A stretch of 63,506 bases of DNA, the filler included, from Octopus bimaculoides (taxonomy: Eukaryota): assembly GCF_001194135.2 (NCBI RefSeq). It is 4 parts of 3 records of this genome, joined end to end, with 100 filler letters (N's around TTAATTAATTAA, not from the genome) between each part and the next. Parts side by side here need not be neighbours in the genome. Positions count along the whole stretch, not along the records: positions 29,926 to 42,187 come from NC_068999.1; positions 42,288 to 63,506 come from NC_068981.1; 2 more parts are not named here. The stretch is one strand, 5' to 3'. A program made the translations under genes and the position numbers. The notes below the pieces were generated by a model. That model saw only the letters and a program-made list of their open reading frames with translations, was not told where the DNA came from and did not search any database. This document shows, piece after piece, positions 37,001 to 50,239 of the stretch. Numbering within the stretch: position 1 is the first letter of the stretch; the number at the start of each line of letters is the position of its first letter.

Positions 37001-37967
37001 CACTTTATTTAAAGAACATAATAATAAGCAAACAAAATAAAGAAGCAAAGAAAATAGTGGAGTGTAGCAGTGGCCACTGAGGGTGGGTGAAAGCAGCTTT
37101 GACCTAGGGGCAGAAATAACAATGACAAGGCTATCAAGCGAATGTACTGGTAGGATTAAGGGGTCCATAGTTCCAGGTGTATCAGGTTCCGTTCAGAGAT
37201 GGGAAGCAAATTGAACGTTCTGACATGAAGCGTTTAATTTTGGATCGAGCAAGGCCGAGTGTGGACATTTTAACATTTGAATAGTTGAAATTACTGGGGT
37301 CATTTAAAAGAATCGTTATTGGTGATGGTGGTAGTGGTGGTGGAGGGGTCAAGTAGTTTCATGGCCAAAATCTTTTCAGACGTTACCATCCTATCTTATT
37401 TTACAGGCGCTGATACGACAGTGTGTCGATATACAATTATGTGGTTTCGGGTTCAGTACCATTACGTGGCAACTTGAGCTTCTGTAATAGCACTGTGCCG
37501 GCTAATGCTCTGTGAGTGAACTTTGCTGACGGTGGTTATGTATTTATGCATGTGTGTGTGTGCACGTGTGCGCGTTCATGCATATATATGTGTGCCTCTG
37601 TAGATATGCACTGGTATATGAATATGTGTGTGCGCGGATGTGTGCACGTATATACGTGTGCGATTGTTCTCCACACCAATAGATAGCTAGTTCTAAATTG
37701 ATATCTCAATAACTTAACAGTTTAGCAAGATGAGACAGCAGAATAATTATGAGTACTGGCGTTGATTTGTTCGACAAAAACCGTTTAAGGCGGTGCTCCA
37801 GCGTGGCCGCAGTCCATTAATTAAAAACAAATATCGACGTGACGTTTCCCTTTAAGTCTCCATTCAAAGGGACATAACTCTAATTTCACAAAATTGACGT
37901 GGCTATAGAATTTCAAGGGAGATAAGTCAGTTTGGCATTTTAGAGTTATTTCCCCTGAATCACTAAT

Positions 37968-37981
37968 GTTGCTATAGCAAC
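37968..37981. promoter_or_regulatory. RFX X-box
   Basis: GTTGCTATAGCAAC, a perfect palindrome matching the X-box consensus GTTGCYATRGYAAC, ending 66 nt before the CCDC39 ATG. Confidence 0.85.
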
Positions 37982-38047
37982 AATAATCACAAAAAAATTA
38001 TCGAAATCGCTTGTTCATAGTGAGGAAGTGTTTATCAATTTTTAACC

Positions 38048-38146
38048 ATGGAGAGCAGAGAAATGGACAAGTTTTTGAGCGAAATTGATTGGCAAGAAGG
38101 AAGAATACCGATTCTTAATGACGAAAATAGGAAGTTACAGGATGAG
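38048..38146 (+). CDS. CCDC39: CCDC39 first coding exon (axonemal 96-nm ruler protein)
   Basis: AACC-ATG-G start, 99 nt, phase-0 donor GAG|GTGGGA: MESREMDKFLSEIDWQEGRIPILNDENRKLQDE vs remembered human [30 protein letters not shown]; upstream X-box. Confidence 0.82.
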
Positions 38147-39047
38147 GTGGGAATTTCTTTGTTGGTTTCTTTTCTTTATTTCTCTTTTCTTTCTTCTCTC
38201 CTGCAACAAACGGATGGACATTTTTCTTTTCTCTTTTATTTTTCCACCCCTTTTTCTTCATTTTTGCGTCTCTCGGGGACAATTTCGTTTATCTCTGGTT
38301 ATATATTTGCTTTTCGAATATCTCTCCCTCTCTCTCTTTCTCTCTCTCTCTTTGTATGTACGTGTGTATGTGTTTATGTACATATGTGTGTGTATGTATG
38401 CATATATATATAAATACTTATATACGTACGTACATAGATGGGTAGCCAGGCCATAGGTAAGTACATAGGTGGGTAAATAGATTACGATAGGTTCCATACA
38501 CACACGTGCGCGCGCATCCGAGTTTGTTTCTTGACTTTCTATGCACTTTAGGAGAGACACATTGGTTATCGTGATGAAACAGCGGCAGAATTCTGTTTTA
38601 AGCTGAGTTTTGTTAAAAACTTTTGAATTGGGAGTGGGGCACAAATCTGTACTTATGCCTGTTATGTATGTACATAAGTGTAAACGGAGGTGTTTAGAAA
38701 AGAATGTGTATAACGTATGTACGTATGTGGGCGTGTGTCTCTAGATATGCATGCATATCGTATGTGTATACATGGCTATGTTTGTGTGCTTGTATATATA
38801 TATATATATGTATGTATGTATGTATTATTAACGTGCGTATGTATATAGTTCATGTGTTTGGATTGTCTGGTTTTGTTACTGTAAACTCTCCGTTCTCTCT
38901 CTCTCTCTCTGCGTCTTTCCCTCTCTTCCTCCACTTCCCTCCCTTTCTCCCTTCCATCGTTTATTCTCAATTACACTCAATCCCGTTTGATTTCGTTCTC
39001 TTTTACACAAGACATTCGTACAACATTCACACGAACGCGCACGTGCG

Positions 39048-39085
<38 letters not shown>

Positions 39086-39184
39086 AAACATTCCAGATTA
39101 CCACAAACACTAAGAGCGTTCGTGTTACTTTGTTAGTTACGAGATTGAAAAGGAAACATTTCTGATAATAACTTAATTGGTGAA

Positions 39185-39223
<39 letters not shown>

Positions 39224-40641
39224 TGTATTTTATAGGTGTTTATAGGAATCTATTTATGTACATTTACTATGCGGCTTTTTTATGTATACGTGTGTGCGTA
39301 TACATGTATGTTTGTATAGCACACAAGTCCATTTTATATATATCAATATTTATACATATTTTTATTTAATTATTTATGCGCCCTTTTCAAGCCTAGCCAG
39401 GCTCACGGGCCCGGTTTTCCGGTTTCTATGGCGTATGTAAAATAGAACAGAGTGGTGACATTCAGTAGAGATGACCCGGACGTTGTTCCTCTTCGATTAC
39501 TATCGCAAACAGCAGTAGCTTTCTTTAACTCAATACACGTCGTTGATTGGTTAACATCACCCAAATTCGACAACTTTAACGCGAAATAACTTCTAAAATA
39601 CGAAATTTTGTCAAAAATGTTCAAAGTAAACCGTGTTCTGCGTGAGAAATTACACCAGTATACGAAGTTTCAAACTGTGTAGTTAAAAAAAAATGTTTTA
39701 ATCTGTGAGCCAAACTCTTTCTTTCTTTACTTTACTCTCTTCTTCCCCCCTACCCTCTTTGTCAAATATCATTTCTTCACTTTTTTTTTGTTTCTCTTTC
39801 ACTTAAGAATTTACATATATGTATATACAATGTAGGTGTATGTACACGTGCGTGCATCAGTAGCGTATGGCGGTTGTCATTGGGTGTGCTGCTACATTGG
39901 TCGTACTACGGCATACATTAGTATTACTCAAAGTAGGTATACAGACTGTGGATTTCTATTCAAAATGCTGGATCCAAAATGTAAATAATGTAAATAATGT
40001 ATAAATTAAAATACAGGTATATGGCGCTAAAGTTAACTGCAAACAAATTGTGGTCCAAGTTATATGATGATATTCTAAGAAAAAAATTATTGTAAAAAAA
40101 AGATTTGTTTTAGTTAAGGTCGCATACCCTTCTCCATTAATTTTTTGCCATTCTCCCATTATCCTACGATATGCCGATACCATATTATGATACTATGTGC
40201 AGTGTTATTTCATGACACCCGCCACCAAATTTCAAGCAGTGGTATAACAAAAGTTAAATTAATGAGTAAGGTTCATGTTTATAATGAATTTGCCATTTTC
40301 GATGGGTTTGCAGCGCACAACCTGCACCCCCAGAATACACGACCTTGCTGTGTATATGTGTATGTACTTGTACATGTATGTATATGTAACTTTGATAACT
40401 GTGGCAGGTTTTGGCCAGTATAGGCCCAGGCCATATCTGACTTGATAGCACCATCTGGTGAAGTCTTTTAGTCATATACGGGGAACTATCACCATTTTCA
40501 TTCAGTATTCATCACGACTGTCTAAACAAAATGTGAAATTTTGCTGCTTTAATAAAAGCATATTACTCTATATGAACATACAAATATTTCTACAGAAGGG
40601 AATACTTTAATCCTTTCATTTCTTTTAAAATACACCATCTT

Positions 40642-40786
40642 TAGTTGTATGCTGTCAACTTAATGTGACAGTCCCCTGAAGGGAATAATACTACTGTTGG
40701 TTAGACCTTGGCCGACAGGAAGAGAGATTTATGCAGTAGTGATACGATGAAGTAGTTGTATGCTGTCAACTTAATGTGACAGGAAG
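40642..40786. mobile_element. Rearranged copy of fold-back element A (direct partial tandem)
   Basis: Segments essentially identical to parts of 22180-22275 and 22364-22376, in a permuted order. Confidence 0.85.
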
Positions 40787-40889
40787 TTGGTCTAGGATTT
40801 TGTCCAGAGAATTTTCGAATTTTATGGGATCCGTTTCCATTTTGACATTTTGGTATGATATTAAAAAGAGCTGGACCAATTGAGGTAAA

Positions 40890-42060
40890 TTAGTTGTGTT
40901 GTAATGTTATGTGTCCTGAGTTCGATTTTTGTAGTGGGTGGATTTTAAAATTGATGCCACATTCATTTGTGAAATATTGATGGAATATTTTCCCCATCAC
41001 ACAAATGATGTAGCACTCTCGGTGGCGTTGGAGAGAGTAGAGATTGGGTTTTTTTAGTCGACCCCAATAGTTAATGCCTGTCATATCTTTTATCTTTTTT
41101 GCTATTGATGTCTGGATTGCTTTCACTTTCATAATGAGTTGCTTTGTGTGGGGAGACCACAGTAGGAAACAGTATTCAAGATGAGGTCAGGCAAAAAAAG
41201 AGTAGCGACGAATGATGGTGGGGGCATCTCTAGACCAGAAAGTTCTCAGAATCCAGGAGCATATCTTGCAGGCCAAGTCAACCTTACCATTTACGTGGGA
41301 ACTCCAGTTTAGATTGTAATCAACAATTACTCCGAGGTCTCTGGTGTTGCTGGATGAAATCTAGGGAGTCGATTGAGGGAAGGGCATATGGCAGTTTCTG
41401 AGTATCCTCTTTTCCAAAGTGGATCAAATTAAACTTATCTTCATTTAGAAACATATTGTTTTTTCCCGCCCATTGGACAACAGGAAACCGGTCCGATTGA
41501 AGGCATGTTCGGTCTCCCATACCGTTTATGGCCTTCTGGAGTTTGGAATCATCTGCATAGATTTTCAATGTAGAATGTTTGATGACATCTACTATGTCAT
41601 TGATGTAAATAATGAAGAGGAGTGGGCCCAATGCAGTACCTTGTGGGACACCACTACTGACTTTGGCTGAGCTGAATCGTATTCCCTCAAACACAACATG
41701 TTGGGTTCTGTTCGTCAGGAAACACTTCATCCACTGCCGCAGCTTTCCACGGACTCCAATGTCGGACAGTTTCTTCAACAGGATTTTGTGGTCCACTCTG
41801 TCAAATGCCTTGCTGAGATCAACGTATATGACGTCAGTGTTGGAGCCTTCTCCCAACGCTTTTAAGATGTCAACAAAATGGTGCAGAAGTCCCTGCCATC
41901 ATGGAAGTCCCTGCCATCATGGAAACCATGCTGGTTGGGTTTCAGCTGATTTTTGTCTTTGAGGAAGTGAGTTGTTCACGATCTCGCCACCCTCTCAAAT
42001 AATTTAATGATTCGAGAAGTGAGTAAAATCGGGCGGTAGTTCACTGCAAGAGGTTTGTTT
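40890..42060 (-). mobile_element. CR1/L2-group LINE ORF2 relic (reverse transcriptase)
   Basis: YVDLSKAFDRVDH...SGVPQGTALGPLLFIIYIND...YADD (41320-41856), then ...IQTSIAKKIKDM...YWGRLKKPNLYSLQRHRE; frameshifts and an 18-bp tandem duplication at 41889-41924. Confidence 0.92.
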
Positions 42061-42187
42061 CCCTTTTTGAAAGGCAAAGACGACCTCGACGGAATTTGAA
42101 CTCAGAACATAACGGCAGACGAAATACCACTAAGCATTTCACCCAGCGTGCTAACACTTCTGCCAAGTCACCGCACCATCACGATTT

Positions 42188-42287
42188 NNNNNNNNNNNNN
42201 NNNNNNNNNNNNNNNNNNNNNNNNNNNNNNNTTAATTAATTAANNNNNNNNNNNNNNNNNNNNNNNNNNNNNNNNNNNNNNNNNNNN
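42188..42287. other. Artificial scaffold join (44 N + TTAATTAATTAA + 44 N)
   Basis: Same 100-bp layout as the joins at 8095 and 29826. Confidence 0.95.
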
Positions 42288-42299
42288 GAGAGAGAGAGA

Positions 42300-42575
42300 G
42301 AGCACTTCGCTCTCATGTGTCTATTCCCTGCTGAGGTTACCATGGTCTTTTCCGTAGGCTTTTCTCTCCGTGGATAAACCTAATGTTACCCCATTTTACA
42401 CAATTGACATTTTCTGTGATATACGATACCCCCTTTTTATTTCTTTTTTTTTGTTTGCCCCTACCGATCCCTTTTGATCGGATTTTTTTTTTAAAACATT
42501 TTTTTTAAAGAAAAGCTCTACAGTTTGTATTTGTCCCCTCTGTGTGCAGCCTGTGTGGCTAATAAAAGAAAGAAA
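42300..42575 (+). mobile_element. Possible LINE 3' UTR fragment
   Basis: Pyrimidine-rich segment ending GGCTAATAAAAGAAAGAAA; resemblance is from memory only. Confidence 0.35.
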
Positions 42576-42576
42576 G

Positions 42577-42610
<34 letters not shown>

Positions 42611-42615
42611 CTCTA

Positions 42616-42706
<91 letters not shown>

Positions 42707-42715
42707 CTCTGTCTG

Positions 42716-42776
<61 letters not shown>

Positions 42777-42778
42777 AT
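42577..42778. repeat. (CTAT)n microsatellite
   Basis: About 200-bp tetranucleotide array. Confidence 0.97.
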
Positions 42779-43417
42779 GCGTAACCATGTATGAGTATGT
42801 GTGCGTCTGTGTATAAATATTTTCTCTGATTCCTGCTTATTCAAAATTATTCTCATCACTCTCGCCAAGCTGATACCATGCGTTTCTTCCCATAACAAAA
42901 AAGACAAAAATCTCGTAAACCGAAAGCCAGAAATAAAAAGGAAACATAAAATAATACTAAGCAATCAATCAGAATCTACTGAAGAATTCCCCAATAAACT
43001 TGATACCAATAATTCACACAATAAGGGTGTATCTTTGCAAAGTATTAAGTGTAATAAAATAACGTGCGAGACTTTGAAGCAAAATGTTACTGTTTTGCTG
43101 TTTAATGAATCTCTGAGAGTAGTAAATACTACTGGAACTCAACAATAGCAAAATATACAAACATCGAATGAACATAAAAGAAGAAAAGGTAACTGAAAAT
43201 TACTGAATATGACAGTGAGGCGAGATGTCTGGTTCTCACGTATGTTACCTAGGTTCGAACCTATTCTCTCGGTTTGGATAAGCGTCTTCTAACACCATTC
43301 TGATCGAAGACAATTTTGATAGAAAATATTATGTAGGTGCGCGTAAGATGCATATACATACGCAAATACGAAAACAACGTATCTATTTATCTATCTATCG
43401 ATCTCTCTGTCTATCTG

Positions 43418-43490
<73 letters not shown>

Positions 43491-43699
43491 NNNNNNNNNN
43501 NNNNNNNNNNNNNNNNNNNNNNNNNNNNNNNNNNNNNNNNNNNNNNNNNNNNNNNNNNNNNNNNNNNNNNNNNNNNNNNNNNNNNNNNNNNNNNNNNNNN
43601 NNNNNNNNNNNNNNNNNNNNNNNNNNNNNNNNNNNNNNNNNNNNNNNNNNNNNNNNNNNNNNNNNNNNNNNNNNNNNNNNNNNNNNNNNNNNNNNNNNN

Positions 43700-43756
<57 letters not shown>

Positions 43757-44515
43757 CGCGTGTGTGTGTGTGTATAGATTTGCAAATGACTCTCATCTCC
43801 AGAGACCATAGGGATGTGCATTCTACCGAACAGAACTCCATTTCGATGACACTACAGTTATTCTATGAATGAAAATATAGAACATACTACTAAACGTAGA
43901 ACTGTTTAAACTCATCTCCTTTGGTCAACAACAACAACAAAAACCGCCATATTTTCCTGCAAAATGATATCAGAAACTTACTTGTAACACTGAACAATAA
44001 TCGAAGTGGGATTGCACATATTAACAATGAAGTCCGTATTATCAGAAGAATGTGCTCACAGAGGCTTATAATTTTCCAGACCAGAAATCCTGATACCATT
44101 TTGCTCCCCTCTTCTACATGAGCTACGTTTCACCTTGAATATTAGTACTGACTATTATCTTTCGACACAAAATACGTTTTTGGAATTGAAGCATCCAAAA
44201 TATCAGACATAGATTATCAATGGTATTTAAATTACAATTATTAGGATCTCGTTAACCCCACCTTCAACAAAATAAAAAGAAAGAAGAAATATCATATGTT
44301 GTTCTCTGCAACGCCGCCAAGAACGCTACGCTATTTTCACCAAAAAGAAAATATTACATCAACTCTCACCATTTAGTGCTAGAACCATGTGGAGTGAGTC
44401 TAGAGAGCTAGACTTCGCAGAATTTAAAACATACTGTATTCTATCTCGCATCACATAGTAGTACAATGTTACAATTTGCTTTAATCCGATTGTTACTGCT
44501 CTATTTCAAAATATA

Positions 44516-44960
44516 GGCGCATGTGTGGCTATGTGGTAAAAAGTTTGCTTCTGAACTACATGTTTCCTGGTTCTGTCTCACTGCGAGGCACTTTGGGCAA
44601 GCGTTTTCTACTACAGCGTCGGGCCGGCCAAAGAGTTGCAACTGTATTCGGACGACGGAAACTGAAAGAAGTTCGTCGTATATGTGGGTTTGCTTGTGCG
44701 TGTTTGTTTGTGGGTGTGTGTGTGTGTTTGTGTGTGTTTTTGTGAGTCTTTGTGTTTATGTTTCTCCTCACAACACTGACAACCTGCGTTTCTCTGTTTA
44801 CGTCACCGTAACTTAGCTTTTCGGCCAAATGAAACGAGAGAATAAGTGTCAGCCTTTACGACAAAGTAATACGTACTGCAGTCTATTCGTTCGACTAAAA
44901 TTTCTTCAAATCGGTGCCCCAACATGGCCGCAATTTAATGACTGAAACAAGCAAAAGATG
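44516..44960 (+). mobile_element. SINE family B, full length
   Basis: GGCGCATGTGTGGCTATGTGGTAA head, CTTTGGGCAAG core, internal (TG)n, tail ...CATGGCCGCAATTTAATGACTGAAACAAG. Confidence 0.88.
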
Positions 44961-46467
44961 AATAGCCTGCCAGAAATCAAAGAATATTTCGTAGCAGCCG
45001 TCAACCACCGCTCTACCACCACCCTAACATTAATCAGTAACACGACACAGCACTAAAAATGTAAAAAGTTATAGAAAAAAACATCTGTCATATATCACCG
45101 CTTCCACTAAAAACATTGCTGTTATCACAGTTACCACCACTAACTCTTCTACCTTCACCAACATCATCATGATGTTCCTTCTCCTCATCGTCGCTATCGT
45201 CAGTGTGTTCAATCATCGTCATTGCTGCAAAGTGCCGTAACGCTTTGAACAATCCAACCATGCAGCAAAAATGATATGCAACACATAAATAAACACCATT
45301 ACTGCCATCTCTATCGTTCTTGTTACCAAAACCGACGCCATTATCGCTTAACATCATTTTGGCCATTATAGCCACCATCAACGTCATCATCATCATCATC
45401 ATTGACATCATCTTCATAAGTGGTCGTCATGATTTTAAGTTTGCTGTCATCTTTATGATCATCACTAGTAACGTAACCAACAAATACCAAATATAGATAC
45501 AACACAAACAGACATATATACAACATACATGTACACTGTTACAGATAGCCACTATAAAGTTTATTGGACTTGCAGACCGAGAAGCTGATTTCATGAACGA
45601 TTACAGCATAACTGAAAGCTATGAATTAATAATAAAACTACAGCGGTTCTTTATACTCTTGATGAAGGCTGACTTCAAAAACCATAAAATTGTATCCGTT
45701 AAAAGTTAACTGATCTCTCTCTCTCGCCTTTCTCCATGTATGTATGTATGTATGTATGTATGTATGTATACATGTATGTATATATATATATGTATGTATG
45801 TATGTATGCATGTATGTGTGTATGTATGCACACAGACGGATACATATGCATATATATACATACATATATATAATATATACAGATGAACATTCACTTATTT
45901 ATAAAATCATGTGCATACATACTTTTACATACACACAGACACAGAATACAGATACAGGCACACACATATATATATATGTATGCATATATATATACATGCA
46001 TATATATACATGTATAAATAGACACACACACTTACATACACGCATCCATATATATANNNNNNNNNNNNNNNNNNNNNNNNNNNNNNNNNNNNNNNNNNNN
46101 NNNNNNNNNNNNNNNNNNNNNNNNNNNNNNNNNNNNNNNNNNNNNNNNNNNNNNNNNNNNNNNNNNNNNNNNNNNNNNNNNNNNNNNNNNNNNNNNNNNN
46201 NNNNNNNNNNNNNNNNNNNNNNNNNNNNNNNNNNNNNNNNNNNNNNNNNNNNNNNNNNNNNNNNNNNNNNNNNNNNNNNNNNNNNNNNNNNNNNNNNNNN
46301 NNNNNNNNNNNNNNNNNNNNNNNNNNNNNNNNNNNNNNNNNNNNNNGGGATAATGATTAATATGTACATATGATACATAAGCTTTATAAGTGTCATACAC
46401 GAATGTCCCGGGTGTTGAGACAGTTCTGTAACTTTTCTACCAATTAAATTCTGTCTTTCTCTCCCTT

Positions 46468-46539
<72 letters not shown>

Positions 46540-47556
46540 CCTTTATCTATATATTTGAGTACATATTTACCGTTTTTCAGAAGGTAAGTGTAACAGTGAC
46601 TTCGAATTTTTAGCTTATTAACCGACGTCAATCGCCTCATGATTTCGAATTGATTGATGGGTTAGATCGCCGATTAGGATGCTTTGCATTATTCATTGCT
46701 GCTATCTGAACTTTCTGAGCTCTGAATGCATCAATCAGTTCTGCTTTTCTTCGTTTCGATGTCGATATAAAATAGCAGTCGAGGCCAATAGACTGTCAGA
46801 TTATTAAAACGTTGGACTTGATACTTTGCTGCACATGCCTTGCTTCTATGCAATGCAAGTTCAAATTCTGTACTGTGAGAAAACACTCCAAAATTGGGAA
46901 GTATTTAACTAAATGGTGAAATATTGCTCTGGAGAACCCCTCAGATATATAACGTCTCGCCATACATTCATCAGACTTCAACGGTTCTGCTTCGGTTTAT
47001 TTCGGCAGGTTTGGTTGATGAAGAGATATCAACATTGCTCTTAACTTCCCATTCACCATCATTAGTTAGTTTCGCGTCTATTGTTAGGAAATACAATTAA
47101 GCAAACTGTAATTCATATACGTACATTTGTAATATAATGTTTGTACCAATAACCGATTTTCATATAACCATTACGTCACGTTCCTTTGTAATTGCCATCA
47201 GGATTATTTTAGTGGAGAAACAGCTATCACATAATCTTTAAGCAGGTTGTAGTATGAGGCTCTAGTGTCCTTCAACGTACATATTCTGCATTTCAGTTAC
47301 GAGTAAACACACTTAAAGTACAATTGTTAATAATGTGACACATTTAGTCCACTGTTCACCATACTTTTTAACATATTAACGACGTTCTAACTTCCAGGAC
47401 GTGTTTTCTGTACCAATACCCAACTTTTAAATCTGTCCGAGATGAATTCCGCTTAGTAATCACGCGATGGTACGTTTGCAATACTCAGCTCGGAGCTCGT
47501 TTAACCAAGTTGCATCACTGTTATACGTGTGCTTTGCTAATATTTCAAATCCCTTT

Positions 47557-47770
47557 TAGGCGGCGAGCTGGGAGAAACGTTAGCACGCCGGGCGAAATGC
47601 TTAGCGGTATTTCGTCTGTCTTACACTCTGAATTCAAATTCCACCTAAGTCGACTATGCCTTTCATCTTTTCGGGGTCGATAAATTAAGTACCAGTTGCA
47701 TTCTGGAGTCGATCCAATTGACTGGTCCCCTCCCCAAAGATTTCAGGCCGTGTGCCTAGAGTAGAAAAGA
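47557..47770 (+). mobile_element. SINE family A, young copy
   Basis: Near-consensus, CpG-rich. Confidence 0.9.
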
Positions 47771-50009
47771 ATATTTCAAATACTTCTCCCAAATCACTAT
47801 GAATAATTTTGGGAAGCTTATATTAGGATTTTGGTGGTACGACCTGTCATACTGCAACGCATAGCTTGTGGGTTAATCCCAACATACGACTGATAGTCCT
47901 GCTTTCTAGTAACCTCTCAAGATAATGAAGCTTTGAATTTAACTCTCGTAGTTCGTGTTTCAGATCACTTACAGTATCCGTGAGTATCTCTTATCGAGGA
48001 TTTATGTTGATACCCTTTGAAAGCTCGCCTCTGGAGTTTCGTCAATATATTTTTCAGCTTGTGCTTAATGACAGTATCTAGTTGTGCAATAGTTCTTCTG
48101 AAGCTGCAAATGTACATAATAATGTTTGAATGTCGCTGTGAGCTGAGTTTTGAGTTGTTAACATCCTCCACTAATTTCTGTCGTTCTTAAACAGCACTAG
48201 CACTAGCATTTTCAATGGCATCAGCCTCGTCTCAGAGTTGTTGTTTCTTTTATTCGAGCCTTGTTCAGAGAGCCGCATATTTTTTCCTCGGCGATCATGA
48301 CGTGTGGTCATAATAGTTTGGTATTCATATGTAAATAGATGGGGTATATTTGTTCTCTATTGCATTCATGTAGCCAATCGAGGAATATTTCCTAACATTT
48401 TGTAGGATTAGTACGGGTCTTGAAGAATAAAGAATCACTTCAGAAATTTCTGTTATGGAATTTCTATTAATAGTGTGGCAACCTGATCCTACTTTCCTGT
48501 CTTGCCAAATTGCGTAGATTGGTAAGCTATCTTTTAACTTACAGTTCTTTTCACCGCTTGATTATTGCTACGATCTTCTCTTAAAAGTTGCTTCTGCACA
48601 ATTTATTGAAAGAAGATTATGTTTTATCAAACCTATATTAATGGCAAAGATTTTAAATTGTAGTCTTCATTTCACAAGAGATGAATAATTCCTTTATGTC
48701 GACATATGACTTTTTCGCTCTACTTTATAAATGTATGCATAAATGTGTGAAAGGGAGACCCTGATTTTAATATTCTCCATTAACTATATTATTTAAAATG
48801 ATAATATTTTTGGATGTGGGTTGGATTTATCTTGTAAACAGAATTGAATGATATTAATGTAATTCTCAATTGAAAACTTCTTATATTGATCAACAGCTTG
48901 CAAATGCTTTCGAAGTAGTTTAAGTTTTGTTTATATTTTTATATTTGTAAAACTGATTTAAGGTCTATACTTACAATCAAATAATGTTTATAATCCATTC
49001 ATTAGAAAAACAAAACGTATTTTTACTTAGAAATACGATAAATGTTTAAAGCCTTCTTATATTAAATACATCACAATATGTAGAATGTTTTATGATTCTT
49101 AATACCTTCATAAACCTTGACTTCTCGAATAAACAAATATGGTGGCTGATAGCTAAATATAGATACTACGCGTCGTAAAATTTAATGATCGCAGCCGCAT
49201 CGCCTTTGCTCTTCACAAACACTTCGATTTCATGTGGCAGATTAAGTACCAGTGTACATAGCAGAATACATCGTTCTCTTGAAAGCTTGCTAGTTATACG
49301 CTAAATGGTACATGAAACAAAACTCTTGCCTGTGGAAAGTAGTATCAATATAAAATTACCTATCTACAATTAGCGCCATTGAGAGAAATGATGTCTTTAA
49401 TACTGTGAGCAGTAGACTAGTATCAGGGACGTGTATCAGAATAACTAATTGTATGACGTAATTTTAACGATATCGTGAGTGGAATATTTGATTTTATACC
49501 TTAGAAAGCATTTCAGAACCCCACAAAGTAAGACAGTTATGTAAATTCAGTAAACATTTAGAACTAATTCACTTCCGTTGCACTGATGATTCTCTTACGG
49601 AAATTTAAAATTCTCCATATTGATTTCATTAAAAATATATAACAATGTACTTAGTAGAGACGAAGGCAATAATCTATCGGTTATCTGATTTTGAAAAATT
49701 GACATTCCATTTAGAAATTTCCTTTTCATGTCGTAGCTTTGATGAACATGTAATTCATTATAAATATTTACTTTCACAAGAGCATTTACGCATTTGCACA
49801 CACACACAAGAAAAAAATATACACATACACGCACCCACAAACTAACGCATGCACACACTCACACATACAGAGAAACACACACATACACATGCGCACAGAC
49901 ACAGACACACAGACACATCCTAACACAGATATATATTTATCTATTTGTACGTACGTATACACTTGTATACATATTTCATTTACATCTGTGTGAGTCTGTT
50001 TGTGTGTGT

Positions 50010-50041
<32 letters not shown>

Positions 50042-50239
50042 CTATGTATATAAACACAGTAGTTAATGTTGTAAATACATTCTTACAATTCAAGGAATGC
50101 ACGAAATAGTGCTTGTCGGGGCCATTATAGTATAGCATGTATAATAGATACGATCTGGACGCGATACTTTTAACTCGTTGTCATGTATCGTACGTTGACA
50201 ACGCATTGGTGACACAACAACGAAACTTCTGATTGAGCG

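Noticed and set aside
43945-44100. Minus-strand GTAAGT donor and nearby TTTGCAG acceptor
   Set aside because: The implied intron is only 25 nt and the flanking peptides are unrecognisable.
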